This document shows positions 20,699 through 31,439 of a DNA stretch of 64,000 nt, piece after piece. Position numbers and translations under genes: made by a program. Location: NCBI GenBank assembly GCA_963664185.2, contig CAXXOQ010000143.1, positions 3,821 to 67,820 on the forward strand, in the 5' to 3' direction. The DNA is from Caldilineaceae bacterium (lineage in GTDB: Bacteria > Chloroflexota > Anaerolineae > Caldilineales > Caldilineaceae). Under the pieces are notes generated by a model that searched no databases, was not told the origin of the DNA, and worked only from the letters and a program-made list of their open reading frames with translations. Position 1 is the stretch's first letter. Every line of letters starts with the position of its first letter.

Positions 20699-21484
20699 AT
20701 GTCCCATTCTGTTCTTGACATCGCCGGTGTTTCCAAGGTCTTTGGCGGCTTGCGGGCGGTCCAGGAGGTAGACTGCGCCATTGAAGCCGGAACGATCATG
20801 TCCATTATCGGGCCCAATGGCGCCGGCAAGACCACCCTGTTCAATTGCATCAGCGGTTTGTATGTCCCTACCGAAGGGGACATCCTGTTGCAGGGACGCC
20901 GCATCCAATGGCCTGTCCCCGGACCGCATCGCGCACCTGGGCGTGGCGCGCACCTATCAGAAACATCCGTCTCTTCAGCCAGATGACGGTTCTGGAAAAC
21001 GTGAATGCTGGGCCAGGAACGTCTTCTGCGCACTTCGTGGCTCGGTGCCATTGTGGGTACGCCCGCCTCCCGGCGCGAGATGGCCGAAGTCGTGGCCCGG
21101 GCCCACGACACCCTGGACTATGTGGGCCTGGCCGGCCAGGAGGCACGCATGGCCGGAGAACTGTCCTATGGGGATCAACGGCGCCTGGAGATAGGCCGCG
21201 CGCTGGCGAGCGAGCCGTCTCTGCTGTTGCTGGACGAACCTACAGCCGGCATGAATCCCCGGGAAAGCGCCGAGGCACGCCATTTCTTCCGGCGACTGCG
21301 CGACGAGAAGAACATTACCCTGTTGCTGATTGAGCATGATATGCGGGTCGTCATGGACATCTCGGATCAGATCGCCGTGCTCAACTACGGCGCCAAGATT
21401 GCCGAGGGGACACCGGAGGAGATCCGTACGAATCCCCAGGTCATCGAGGCGTATCTGGGTGCCGAGATGGCCGAAGAGTCGTAG
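20699..21484 (+). pseudogene. livG: Branched-chain amino acid ABC transporter ATP-binding protein LivG, disrupted by three +1 single-base insertions
   Basis: Walker A GPNGAGKTT is in frame 2. The expected NGLSPDRIAHLGVARTYQ and NIRLFSQMTVLENV segments appear in the two other frames. The original frame resumes at MLGQERLL with LSYGDQRRLEIGRAL and LLLLDEPTAGMN. Confidence 0.8.
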
Positions 21485-21521
21485 GACCCGGCACCACCGG
21501 AGCACAACGGGACAGGCAACC

Positions 21522-22232
21522 ATGGCGCTTCTGGAAGTCCAAAACATTCATTCCTATTACGGCAACCTGGAAGCACTGCATGGGGTTTCGCTCCGGGTGG
21601 AGGAAGGCGAAATCGTTTCCCTCATCGGCGCCAATGGCGCGGGCAAAACCACTACCCTGCGTTCCCTGTGCAACCTGATTCGGCCCCGCCAGGGTTCGGT
21701 CATCTATGCCGGGCAAGACATACGAGGCATAGCCGTGCATGAACTGGTATCGGTCGGCATGGTCATGGTGCCGGAGGGCCGGGGTATTTTCAGCAAGCTG
21801 ACAGTGCAGGAAAACCTGCAGATGGGGGCCTTCCAATGCCGGGATTCCACGGTGATGCAACAGACCCAGGCGTATGTTGAAGACATTTTTCCCCGGTTGC
21901 GCGAGCGTTTGTCCCAGTTGGCCGGAACGCTGAGCGGGGGGGAACAGCAAATGCTGGCCATTGCCCGGGCCCTGATGGCCCGTCCCAAAATGCTGTTGCT
22001 GGATGAACCTTCCATGGGTCTGGCTCCGCTGCTCGTCAGTCAGATCTTTGACACCTTGAGCAGCATCAATGCCAATGGCACAACCATCTTGCTGGTAGAG
22101 CAGAACGCCAAGCGGGCATTGGAATTGTCCCATCGCGGCTACGTACTGGAAACAGGCACCATCGCGCTGGAAGGTACATCCGAAGAGCTGATAGCCAATC
22201 CCAAGGTCATAGAGGCCTACTTGGGGGGTTAG
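21522..22232 (+). CDS. livF: Branched-chain amino acid ABC transporter ATP-binding protein LivF
   Basis: MALLEVQNIHSYYG, GANGAGKTT, LSGGEQQMLAIARAL and LLLDEPSMGLAP motifs. Confidence 0.9.
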   Translation: MALLEVQNIHSYYGNLEALHGVSLRVEEGEIVSLIGANGAGKTTTLRSLCNLIRPRQGSVIYAGQDIRGIAVHELVSVGMVMVPEGRGIFSKLTVQENLQMGAFQCRDSTVMQQTQAYVEDIFPRLRERLSQLAGTLSGGEQQMLAIARALMARPKMLLLDEPSMGLAPLLVSQIFDTLSSINANGTTILLVEQNAKRALELSHRGYVLETGTIALEGTSEELIANPKVIEAYLGG

Positions 22233-22498
22233 CCTTCGTGTACGCAGCGATCCCAATAGGGCACGCAGCTGTTCTATGGGGAGTGCTCTGCTGCAAGTGG
22301 CCAGTACCCATATCCATGCCATGTGTGAACCCCAAAAATTGGGGCACCGCCTGCGTTAGTTGGCTCGTCCAGGAATGGGAGAGGAGGCATCCCACCACGC
22401 CAAGGTCAAGAACAAGGGAAGCGCGTCGATCATGGGAAACATGACAGCAACACGCAGGATATCTGCATCAACAACCAGGAACAATACCGCACGCGTGC

Positions 22499-23880
22499 CT
22501 ATGGGCGCCATGTTGCATCCAAGTATCTTTTGCGGGCATCCATTTCCACATCCAGAAAATCAACAGGCCATTCACCGAACGAACCATCTTGTTGAATGTC
22601 AGCCTGTTCTATGTGGGTGTTGCCTTCGCCATCCAGCGCAAACCAGTTCAGACTCACGTCTTGTGGTTTGAGATCACCTTGGGCTACCAGCGTTTGAATA
22701 CCCAGAAGAAGCAATTCACTGTGCGTTTCAATTACAATGCGCACCCCCCTTTGGACGGCGGCACGGAGAACGTCAGCCAAAGCATAAATGCCTTTAGGGT
22801 GAAGATGCAGTTCCGGTTGTTCAATAACGACCAATTGATCGCGTTTGGCTGCCCGCAGCGCAACCAGCAACGGCAGGACCTGGAACAGACCAAGACCTGC
22901 ATCAGCGACATTGACCATGTGGGAGAGTTGACGTTGCAAGCCGGGAACAAAACGTCCAATCATCACTTCCAGGGCAGTATCCCCTACCGTCTGCACTTCC
23001 ACTTCGGACGTTAAGTCAAGGGCAAGCAAATCAGCTTTAAGACCCTGCATCTGTTCACTGTCGGTTTCCCAATGCTGTATCACACTTGCAAAATAGTGAT
23101 GCATCAAACCCGGAAAGGAATCTCCCATGGGTGTCCGCGCGAAAGTTCGCGCAAATGCAGGATCGCGGAGACCAGGCACATGCATGACGTCAGTGATCAA
23201 ACATGCCACCTGGTGACTGACAGGAATTCCATAGGATGCGTTCTCACTTTTCCCAGTCATCCAATACATCAACGCCAATATCCAAAAAGCTTCGCGTCCT
23301 CACTCCACGCGCTGTAACGTGGTAAGGCACCGGAGGCTTCATCTTGCAAGGGAAGCATCGCCCCACCAAAGAGCCTGGCGGCTTCCTTTGCTACCTCAAT
23401 GGGGATGCTGCCTTCTGTGTTACAAAGCGTTTGGGAATTCCGGGCACCAGGGACATGGTCATCCCAAAAATCCACCAACTCGCGTTCAAGGGAAATCGTG
23501 CCGTCCTGTGCACGTTGAAACTCCAGGGAAAAAGTCAGTTCAAGATCTTGGAAGCGATAGCCTATCCCAATTTTCAGATCTTGCTCGCGAGCGTTGGCAT
23601 TGCCATGGCCAAGCAATTGCGAAGTCAGCAACAACTCAACGTTGGGACCATCTATCTTGAGAGGGCCAGGATCAAAAGGTGCTTCAAGGGTTTGCTTGAG
23701 AAGCAGCAACGGTTGTATCATGCTGCTTTTGCCGCTGCTGTTTGCTCCTGCAAGCAGGGTGAGCGGACGCACAGCAAGCGGTTGTGCCTTGCGCAGCGAT
23801 TTGTAACCTGAAACCACCAACCTGGTGATTCGTCCACCGTTCATGGAACCTGCTCCCCGCTGGCGCCAACTTTCAACCAT
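22499..23880 (-). pseudogene. ABC-fold AAA_15/21-type ATPase with a DUF3696-like C-terminus, split by one frameshift near 23269-23290
   Basis: N-terminal ORF (23269-23880) has Walker A LLAGANSSGKSS. C-terminal ORF (22499-23278) has Walker B LVVIEQPELHLHP, ETHSELLL, and the C-terminal FGEWPVDFLD motif I associate with DUF3696. The two ORFs overlap by 10 nt next to a T5 run. Confidence 0.7.
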
Positions 23881-24134
23881 AATAGCAACGGCATGCCGCT
23901 TGCCGAAGCATCACTTCGGGTGGGGAACGCAAGTCACCGCGAATGCGCCTGATGGGCAAGAGGGACATATGACACACATCCTGTTTCTGCCCCCTCAGGT
24001 TCGCCGTCAGGGGACCGGCAAGCCAATTGGCTTCCATGGCTGTTCTTTGATCCGGCTGTCCCCGTGCATTACAATCCAATGGTTGAGAGCGAGAGAGCTG
24101 GCTTTCACACTGTGTCTTTCTTCCCACTGCTGAC

Positions 24135-25100
24135 ATGCCCGGAAAGTCGTTTCGCATATTCACAGGCACGGCCCATGCGCAGTTGGCCCATGACATATGT
24201 TCCATCCTGGACACAGATCCGGGCCGTTGCACCATAACCATACATGCCGACACCGAAACGCATGTCATGATCGATGAAACAGTGCGGGGCCAGGACATTT
24301 TCCTGGTGCAGCCCTGTTCGCCCCCGGTCAACGAAAAACTCATGGAAGTCCTGCTCCTGACCGACGCCTTGCGCCGTGCGAGTGCGCAAACCATCAGCGT
24401 GGTCATGCCCTATTTCCCCTACGCCCGCCAGGAACGCATGGCACACGGGCGGGAAGCCGTGAGTGCGCGGGTGGTGGCCAACATGCTGGAAACCGCCGGT
24501 GCAGACCGTGTCATCTTCATTGACATCCACACACTGGCCATTCAGGGTTTCTTCAATATTCCGGTGGAATCGCTCACCGCGGTGCCTCTGCTTTGCGGAT
24601 ACTTCCAGGGTGCGCGTTTTGCCAATTGCGCCATCGTCAGTCCTGATGTAGGCCGCGCCAGTATGGCCGGACGCTATGCCTCCATTCTGGGCTTGCCCCT
24701 GGTGGTCATGCACAAGCGGCGGATCGATCATACACAGACCGAAACGACGCACATCGTCGGCACCATAGCCAACCGGCATCCCATTGTGATTGATGACATT
24801 ATCGCGGGTGGCAGTGTCCTGCGCCAGCTGGATGCCCTCTTTGCCCAGGGGGCCATAACACCCGCCTACTTCGTGGTGACACACGCCCTGCTGCTACCCT
24901 CTGCCCTGCAGCAACTGGCCCAGGACAAGCGCATTGTCAAGCTGATCACCACCGACACCGTCCCCGCCCCCACGGCCGCCCGCCAGCAACCCGAGATGGC
25001 CGCCAAAATCGAGGTGATTTCGGTGGCACCGCTACTGGCCGAAGTGATTTTGCGGGTCTTCAACACGATCAGCATCTCCGAACGGGTTGACTATCAGTAG
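24135..25100 (+). CDS. prs: Ribose-phosphate pyrophosphokinase
   Basis: 321 aa ORF with Prs-like motifs ([13 protein letters not shown]; PRPP-binding VIDDIIAGG). Confidence 0.95.
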   Translation: MPGKSFRIFTGTAHAQLAHDICSILDTDPGRCTITIHADTETHVMIDETVRGQDIFLVQPCSPPVNEKLMEVLLLTDALRRASAQTISVVMPYFPYARQERMAHGREAVSARVVANMLETAGADRVIFIDIHTLAIQGFFNIPVESLTAVPLLCGYFQGARFANCAIVSPDVGRASMAGRYASILGLPLVVMHKRRIDHTQTETTHIVGTIANRHPIVIDDIIAGGSVLRQLDALFAQGAITPAYFVVTHALLLPSALQQLAQDKRIVKLITTDTVPAPTAARQQPEMAAKIEVISVAPLLAEVILRVFNTISISERVDYQ

Positions 25101-25128
25101 GACCGGAATCCCTTACCCGTAACCGCCC

Positions 25129-25605
25129 ATGTGGAAATACATTGCCGCTTGGCTCAAACCGGAATCCGACAACGTTCCGGGCATCCCGGACGAGGCTGAC
25201 ATCGTGTTGGGCCCGAAAACGTACTTCGCAGGCATGCTGCAGTGCAACAGCACCGTGATCCTGGAGGGACGGGTGGAAAATGCCCGGATTACCACATCTG
25301 CCAATATAATAATTGCCGAATCGGCCCAGGCAACCTGTGATATCTCGGCCCGTATCGTGTCGATCCGTGGCCACTACACGGGCACGCTGGAGGCTGACCG
25401 CGCCGAAATCCTGGAGGGCGCACAGGTCAATGGTCAGGTGCATGTCAATACCATTTACATCGATGACAACGCGGTCATGAATGCGGAAATGTATCTGTTG
25501 GGCGCTGCCACCAAAGAGGCCATCGAACAGACCGAGATCACAACCGATGTCATCACCCGCACGACCGGCAATGCGCTCCGCCCCCCCCCGGAAATAGGTG
25601 CCTGA
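25129..25605 (+). CDS. Bactofilin-family cytoskeletal protein
   Basis: 158 aa ORF with a beta-helical repeat pattern (G.L.....V.I.G.V.G.I) typical of DUF583/bactofilin. Confidence 0.75.
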   Translation: MWKYIAAWLKPESDNVPGIPDEADIVLGPKTYFAGMLQCNSTVILEGRVENARITTSANIIIAESAQATCDISARIVSIRGHYTGTLEADRAEILEGAQVNGQVHVNTIYIDDNAVMNAEMYLLGAATKEAIEQTEITTDVITRTTGNALRPPPEIGA

Positions 25606-25655
25606 TCCCTCAGGTGCTTCGCTACCCTTTCATTCCATCATCAAGGAAACAAGCC

Positions 25656-26171
25656 ATGAGTTACCGTACCGTAACATTTCTGCAGGACAATGAACTGCAT
25701 CTGGAAGGCACGCCCATTTCCGTAGGTGACGAAGCCCGGGAAGTGACCCTGTCTGCCTCTCTCGCGGATGCATACGATTTGCTGGGAGACAGTGCCGGCC
25801 TGATTCGGCTCGTCAGCGTAGTACCCAGCCTTGACACCGGTGTCTGTGATGCCCAGACCCGGCGTTTCAACGAAGAAGCGGCCGCTTTGGGCAAGGATGT
25901 CATTGTGCTGACGGTGAGTGCCGACCTGCCTCCCGCCCAGGAACGCTGGTGTGGCGCTGCGGAGGTGGATCAGGTCAAGATGCTCTCGGACCACAAGGAA
26001 ATGGCATTTGCCAAGGCGTACGGCACCTACATCCAGGAACTGCGCCTCAACCATCGGGCCGTGTTTGTCATTGACAAGAAAGACAAGGTGGTCTATGTCC
26101 AGTACCTGGACGAAGTGACGGACGCTCCGGATTTCGACTCAGCCATAGCCGCGGTCAAGGCCCTGCAGTAA
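25656..26171 (+). CDS. tpx: Thiol peroxidase (atypical 2-Cys peroxiredoxin, Tpx)
   Basis: VVPSLDTGVCDAQTRRFN active-site motif. The ATG at 25656 is preceded by AAGGAA. Confidence 0.9.
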   Translation: MSYRTVTFLQDNELHLEGTPISVGDEAREVTLSASLADAYDLLGDSAGLIRLVSVVPSLDTGVCDAQTRRFNEEAAALGKDVIVLTVSADLPPAQERWCGAAEVDQVKMLSDHKEMAFAKAYGTYIQELRLNHRAVFVIDKKDKVVYVQYLDEVTDAPDFDSAIAAVKALQ

Positions 26172-26210
26172 TCGACCACTGTCTGGGTTCCCCGCAGGGG
26201 TGCCTGCAGC

Positions 26211-26849
26211 ATGTTCGCCGCTGCCTGGCTTCTGGCAGGAGTCCTGCTGGGTTATGTGATTGGAGCCATTCCCGTAGGGTATGTTGTCTGTCGCCTCTAT
26301 GGCGTGGACATCAGGACCATAGGCAGTGGTCGCACCGGCACCACCAATGCCTGGCGCGCTGCCGGCCTGAAAGCTGCGTTGCCTACCCTCCTGGGCGATT
26401 CGCTCAAGGGCGCCGCCGCTATTTGGGCTGTGCAGGGGCTCCTGGCGCAATGGGCCTTGGACATCAGCGATCCGTTGCGGATTCTGGCGCTGTCCCTGAC
26501 CGGAGGTATGGCCGTCATTGGCCATAACTGGTCGGTGTTTCTGGGCTTCAAGGGAGGTGCCGGCGGCATTACGGCAGCGGTGGCGTGCATGGCGTTGCAT
26601 CCCGGTGTCGGCCTGATGGTTTGGATCATCGGCGCCACCATGATGTACTGGTCACGTATTGCCGCCATCGCTACCTTCTCTGTCGGCATATCCTCGGCCG
26701 CGGCCTTTCTGGCCCTGGCCGTCTTGCAGGTTGTGCCATGGACCTACCTGGCTTTTTCCGTCCTGGCCACTACGGGCATTGCCATATCTTTGCGTTCCAA
26801 CCGGGCCAAACTGAAAGCCGGTGAAGAACGAATTGTTACCCTGTGGTGA
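26211..26849 (+). CDS. plsY: Glycerol-3-phosphate acyltransferase PlsY
   Basis: SGRTGTTNAWRA and GHNWSVFLGFKGGAG motifs. Confidence 0.9.
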   Translation: MFAAAWLLAGVLLGYVIGAIPVGYVVCRLYGVDIRTIGSGRTGTTNAWRAAGLKAALPTLLGDSLKGAAAIWAVQGLLAQWALDISDPLRILALSLTGGMAVIGHNWSVFLGFKGGAGGITAAVACMALHPGVGLMVWIIGATMMYWSRIAAIATFSVGISSAAAFLALAVLQVVPWTYLAFSVLATTGIAISLRSNRAKLKAGEERIVTLW

Positions 26850-26894
26850 GCATTTCACATTCAGTCCGATGTTTCACGCAGGAGACATCAACAT

Positions 26895-27569
26895 ATGCAG
26901 AGCATGGCCAAATCCCTGACCGCCGAATTCATAGGCACATTCGCCCTGATTGTGCTGGGTGCCGGCGCGGGTACGCTGGCCGGTCTGGGCATAGCGGGTT
27001 CCCTGATCACCATTGCCCTTGCCCATGGCTTCACGATTATGGCATTTGCCTATGCCTTTGGCGACATCAGCGGGAGCGTCATTAATCCCGCGGCCACCCT
27101 GGGCCTCTATGTGGCGGGAGCCCTGGAAGGAAAGCGTGTGGTGCCCTACATGATTGTCCAGATCCTGGGCGCCGTCATCGCGGGCTTCGTGCTGCGCCTT
27201 GTCTTTGGGGAAGCGGGGGTAGCCATAGGTCTGGGCGCCACGGTGGTAAACTATGACGCCGGTATTGCCCTGGGCGTCGCCTTCCTGCTGGAGGCCATGG
27301 GCACGTTTTTCCTGGTCAACTCCATCATCAATGCCGCGGTGAGAGAGAAAGCCGGCAACATGGCGCCTGTCGCCATCGGCATTACGGTAGCGGCCTGTAT
27401 CTTCATGTTCGGACCCTTGACCGGGGCCTCCCTGAATCCCGCCCGCACCCTGGGCCCAGCCATCGCGGCTGGCGTGTATGCCGACATCTGGCTGTTCCTG
27501 GTGGCCACCTGTGGGGGAGCGGTCCTGGCCGGTGCGTTCAACCGCTATTTCTTGCAGGCAGGCGCGTAA
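26895..27569 (+). CDS. glpF: MIP-family channel (aquaporin/glycerol facilitator)
   Basis: Two NPA boxes (NPAATLG, NPARTLG). Upstream of glpK. Confidence 0.85.
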   Translation: MQSMAKSLTAEFIGTFALIVLGAGAGTLAGLGIAGSLITIALAHGFTIMAFAYAFGDISGSVINPAATLGLYVAGALEGKRVVPYMIVQILGAVIAGFVLRLVFGEAGVAIGLGATVVNYDAGIALGVAFLLEAMGTFFLVNSIINAAVREKAGNMAPVAIGITVAACIFMFGPLTGASLNPARTLGPAIAAGVYADIWLFLVATCGGAVLAGAFNRYFLQAGA

Positions 27570-27674
27570 TGCAGGATCGGTGCCAGGTCCCCGTTTTCTG
27601 TACACACGTTACTGTCATCGCGAAACAAGGGGCGGGGGAGGATGCATGACTGACGTCGGACCCGCGGCGCATAC

Positions 27675-29180
27675 ATGAGCACCCAGTACATTGGTGCCCT
27701 GGATGCCGGCACCACCAGCACCCGTTTCATCGTCTTCGATCACGAGGCGCACATTGTCGCCCAGGCGCAGCGGGATCATGCCCAGATCTTCCCGCGTCAA
27801 GGCTGGGTGGAACATGACCCCATGGAGATTTGGGCCAATGCCTGTCGGGTGATGCAGCAGGCCCTGGCCGACGCCCAATTGCCTCCCGCGGCCCTGGCGG
27901 CCATTGGCATCACCAACCAGCGGGAGACAACCGTCATCTGGGACCGTCACACGGGACAGCCGGTCTATAACGCCATCGTATGGCAAGACCTCCGCACCGA
28001 AACCCTGTGTGCCGACTGGACCGCACAGGGTTTGGCGCCGGAGCTGGCCCGTATCACCGGTTTGCCCATTTCCCCCTATTTTGCGGCATCCAAGATCCGC
28101 TGGATTCTGGACCACATGGAAGACGGTGTACAGAGAGCCACCCGTGGGGATCTCTGTTTCGGCACTGTGGATACCTGGCTCCTGTGGCAGTTGACGCCGG
28201 ATCACCGGCATGTGACCGATGTCACGAATGCCAGCCGTACCCTGTTCATGGATCTGGAAAGGCGGGAATGGCACGAGGGCCTGCTGGACACGCTGGAGAT
28301 TCCGGGCGAAATCCTGCCGGCCATTTTGCCGAGCAGTCATGCGGAGGGATATGGCATCACCGATCCCCAGGGGCCTTTGGGGCAAGCCGTGCCTGTCACC
28401 GCCGTGCTGGGGGATCAGCAGGCAGCCACGGTCGGACAGACCTGTTTCCAGCCCGGTGAGGCGAAAAACACCTACGGCACTGGATGCTTTCTGCTTCTCA
28501 ACACCGGCCCGGACATCATACAGAGCCAGAATGGCCTGATCTCCACCGTGGCCTACCAGTTCGGTTCATCCCCCGCGGTGTACGCCCTGGAGGGGTCCAT
28601 TGCCATGGGGGGCGCCACCGTACAGTGGCTGCGCGATGAAATGGGCCTCATTGCCGATGCGGCGGAAACGGAAGCCCTGGCCGCAAGCGTGTCCGACAGT
28701 GGCGGATGCTATTTTGTACCGGCTTTCAGCGGCCTGTTTGCCCCACACTGGCGTGCCGATGCCCGGGGTGTGATTACGGGTCTGACCCGCTTTGTCACCA
28801 AGGCGCACCTGGTGCGGGCCGCCCTGGAAGCCATTTGCTACCAGTCCCGGGAAGTGCTGGACGCCATGCAGGAAGACAGTGGTGTGCCGCTGGATGTCCT
28901 CCATGTGGATGGCGGGGCCACCGCCAACCATTTCCTGATGCAGCTGCAGGCGGATATCCTGGGCACGCCGGTAGCCAAGCCCGTCATTGCCGAAACCACC
29001 AGCCTGGGGGCCGCCTACGCGGCAGGGCTGGCCACGGGGTTTTGGTCCTCGCCGGAAGAGTTGCGCGCCAAGCTGCAGATTGCGGAACGCTGGACCCCGC
29101 ACTCTACCCCGGCGGAACGCAGGGCGGGGCTGGCCCAATGGCACAAGGCCGTACAGCGTTCCCTGAACTGGGCTGACTGA
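27675..29180 (+). CDS. glpK: Glycerol kinase
   Basis: 501 aa ORF with YIGALDAGTTSTRFIVF, ITNQRETTVIWD and the FGGY kinase C-terminal domain. Confidence 0.95.
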   Translation: MSTQYIGALDAGTTSTRFIVFDHEAHIVAQAQRDHAQIFPRQGWVEHDPMEIWANACRVMQQALADAQLPPAALAAIGITNQRETTVIWDRHTGQPVYNAIVWQDLRTETLCADWTAQGLAPELARITGLPISPYFAASKIRWILDHMEDGVQRATRGDLCFGTVDTWLLWQLTPDHRHVTDVTNASRTLFMDLERREWHEGLLDTLEIPGEILPAILPSSHAEGYGITDPQGPLGQAVPVTAVLGDQQAATVGQTCFQPGEAKNTYGTGCFLLLNTGPDIIQSQNGLISTVAYQFGSSPAVYALEGSIAMGGATVQWLRDEMGLIADAAETEALAASVSDSGGCYFVPAFSGLFAPHWRADARGVITGLTRFVTKAHLVRAALEAICYQSREVLDAMQEDSGVPLDVLHVDGGATANHFLMQLQADILGTPVAKPVIAETTSLGAAYAAGLATGFWSSPEELRAKLQIAERWTPHSTPAERRAGLAQWHKAVQRSLNWAD

Positions 29181-29356
29181 TCAAAGGACGGGGCCGCCCT
29201 GCAGGCTCTGGTCACAGGTATGGCGGGAAGGGATGTTCCTGCTTCGCGCTGGCCGGTGGCCCTCCTGGCATAAAGCGACGGCGGGGCCATGCCCGTTTGC
29301 CCACACAGGGATGGGGATACAAGCCTGCCGGCCGCCACAGAGGGACATGCCTGCCG

Positions 29357-30376
29357 TCAATCCGCCTCGGTCCCGGTGAGCGTCAATTCGTGCGCAAAGT
29401 GACAGGCAGCGTGATGGCCTGGTGCCACCTCTTGCCAAGGGGGAGGCTCCGTCCGGCAGACTTCCTGCACATAATGGCAACGGGGATGGAAATAGCAACC
29501 TGTAGGCAACGCCGCCGGGTTGGCGGTTTCCCCGTGCAGGACGATCCGTTCCTTGTGCTCATCCGGTTCTGACTTGGGCACAGCGGAAAGCAGGGCTTCC
29601 GTGTAGGGATGATGGGGAAAGCGGAAAAGCCGCTCGGTCGTGGCGGTTTCCACCAGACGCCCCACGTACATGACCGCGACCCGGTCCGACACGTGTTCCA
29701 CCACACTGAGATCATGCGCGATGAACAGGAAGGTCAGTCCGAAGTCCTCCTGCAATTGGGGCAACAGATTGAGGATTTGGGCCTGGATTGATACATCCAG
29801 CGCGGATACCGGTTCGTCCGCTACGATCAGCTTCGGCCGTGTCGCCAGGGCACGGGCAATGCCAATGCGCTGGCGTTGGCCACCGGAAAAGGCATGCGGA
29901 TAACGGCGCAGGTGCTCGATGTTCAGGCCCACATGCGCGGCCAGCTCCTTGACTTGCGCTTCCAGTTCCCGGCCCTGGGCCAGTTGATGGGTCCGCAAGG
30001 GCTCTGCGATGATGTCGTACACCGGCATGCGCGGATCCAGGGAAGAGTAGGGGTCCTGAAAGATCATCTGCACATGCGGTCGCAGAGACTTCAGGTTCTT
30101 GTAATCCAGTGTGGCCAGATTCCAGCGCTGGCCGCCGTGGTGGAACCAGACTTCGCCCCCGGTCGGATCCACCGCCCGCAGCATGCAGCGTCCCACCGTG
30201 GTCTTGCCGCTGCCCGATTCCCCCACCAGGCCCAGGGTTTCCCCGGGATACAGATTGAAACTGACATCGTCTACCGCCTTGACATAGCCACTGACGCGGC
30301 GGAACACCCCTTTTTCAATGGGATAGTACTTCCGCAGCTGCTTGACCTCAACCAGGGGCGTCAATTCGTTTGACAT
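29357..30376 (-). CDS. Peptide/nickel (Opp/Dpp-type) ABC transporter ATP-binding protein, F type
   Basis: [24 protein letters not shown], and the oligopeptide C-terminal domain (HPYTEALL). Confidence 0.9.
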   Translation of the reverse strand: MSNELTPLVEVKQLRKYYPIEKGVFRRVSGYVKAVDDVSFNLYPGETLGLVGESGSGKTTVGRCMLRAVDPTGGEVWFHHGGQRWNLATLDYKNLKSLRPHVQMIFQDPYSSLDPRMPVYDIIAEPLRTHQLAQGRELEAQVKELAAHVGLNIEHLRRYPHAFSGGQRQRIGIARALATRPKLIVADEPVSALDVSIQAQILNLLPQLQEDFGLTFLFIAHDLSVVEHVSDRVAVMYVGRLVETATTERLFRFPHHPYTEALLSAVPKSEPDEHKERIVLHGETANPAALPTGCYFHPRCHYVQEVCRTEPPPWQEVAPGHHAACHFAHELTLTGTEAD

Positions 30377-30400
30377 GATGGCATCACGGCTCTGACGGCG

Positions 30401-31429
30401 CTAGGCGGGCAACGACTCAGGGACTTCCAGTTCCACTTCGCCACTGTGCAGGAAACAACGCACAAAGTGTCCTGCCCCCACCTCGGTCAAGGCGGGGATT
30501 TGACGGTCACACTGGCCGTGCATGGCTTCTTCGCACCGATCATAGAAGCCACAGAAATTCGGCAGGTTCAGCGGACTGGGCACGGTGCCCCGTATGGCGG
30601 TCAGGGGTTCTCCCCTGCGGGTACGGCCCAGTTTGGGAATGGAACGCAACAGCCGGATGGTATAGGGATGCTGGGGGCGGTAGAAGATGTCCCGCACCGT
30701 ACCATACTCCACGACCCGCCCCAGATACATCACGGCTACCCGATCGCATACTTCGGCAATGACACCCAGATCGTGCGTTATGTAAAGAACTGCCATGTGG
30801 AACTGTTCCTGAAGTTCCTTGATCAGCTCCAGAATCTGGGCCTGCACCGTCACGTCCAGGGCCGTGGTCGGCTCATCCGCAATCAGCAACCGGGGCTGGC
30901 ACGCGAGGGCAATGGCAATCATGACCCGTTGCCGCATGCCGCCGGACAGCTGATGGGGAAACTCCCTGATGCGTTGCTCCGGATTGGAAATGCCTACCCG
31001 GGCCAGCATGTCCAGGGCAATTTCCGTGGCTTCCTTCCGGTCCCGGGTCCGGTGCAGGTACAGGGTTTCGCGGATCTGGTTGCCAATGGAATGCACAGGT
31101 GACAGACTGGTCATGGGTTCCTGAAACACCATGGACACCGACTTGCCCCGAATATCCCGCATCATGGCCCCGGAAAACCCCGGGTCCGCCACATCCACCA
31201 CCTGGTCGCCCAGATTCATGCGAATTTCACCCCCCACAATGCGGCCGGGCTTGGGCACGATGCCCATGATGGAATGGGCTGTGACACTCTTGCCGCAACC
31301 ACTTTCCCCAATCAGGCCCAGGGTTTCCTGCGGTGCCATGGCGAAGGAAACCCCGTCCACGGCCTTGACCACACCTTCCGTGACAAAGAACTGGGTCTTG
31401 AGATCATTCACTTCCAGCAGGAAAGACAT
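30401..31429 (-). CDS. Peptide (Opp/Dpp-type) ABC transporter ATP-binding protein, D type
   Basis: [14 protein letters not shown] start, [32 protein letters not shown]. The start was moved to the ATG at 31429. Confidence 0.9.
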   Translation of the reverse strand: MSFLLEVNDLKTQFFVTEGVVKAVDGVSFAMAPQETLGLIGESGCGKSVTAHSIMGIVPKPGRIVGGEIRMNLGDQVVDVADPGFSGAMMRDIRGKSVSMVFQEPMTSLSPVHSIGNQIRETLYLHRTRDRKEATEIALDMLARVGISNPEQRIREFPHQLSGGMRQRVMIAIALACQPRLLIADEPTTALDVTVQAQILELIKELQEQFHMAVLYITHDLGVIAEVCDRVAVMYLGRVVEYGTVRDIFYRPQHPYTIRLLRSIPKLGRTRRGEPLTAIRGTVPSPLNLPNFCGFYDRCEEAMHGQCDRQIPALTEVGAGHFVRCFLHSGEVELEVPESLPA

Positions 31430-31439
31430 CGGCGGGCTC

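Noticed and set aside
22330-22344. Small hairpin CCCCAA-AAA-TTGGGG between livF and the DUF3696-like ATPase, considered as a bidirectional terminator.
   Set aside because: The stem is only 6 bp, there is no U-tract on either strand, and it lies 100-160 nt from either stop codon. Too weak to annotate.
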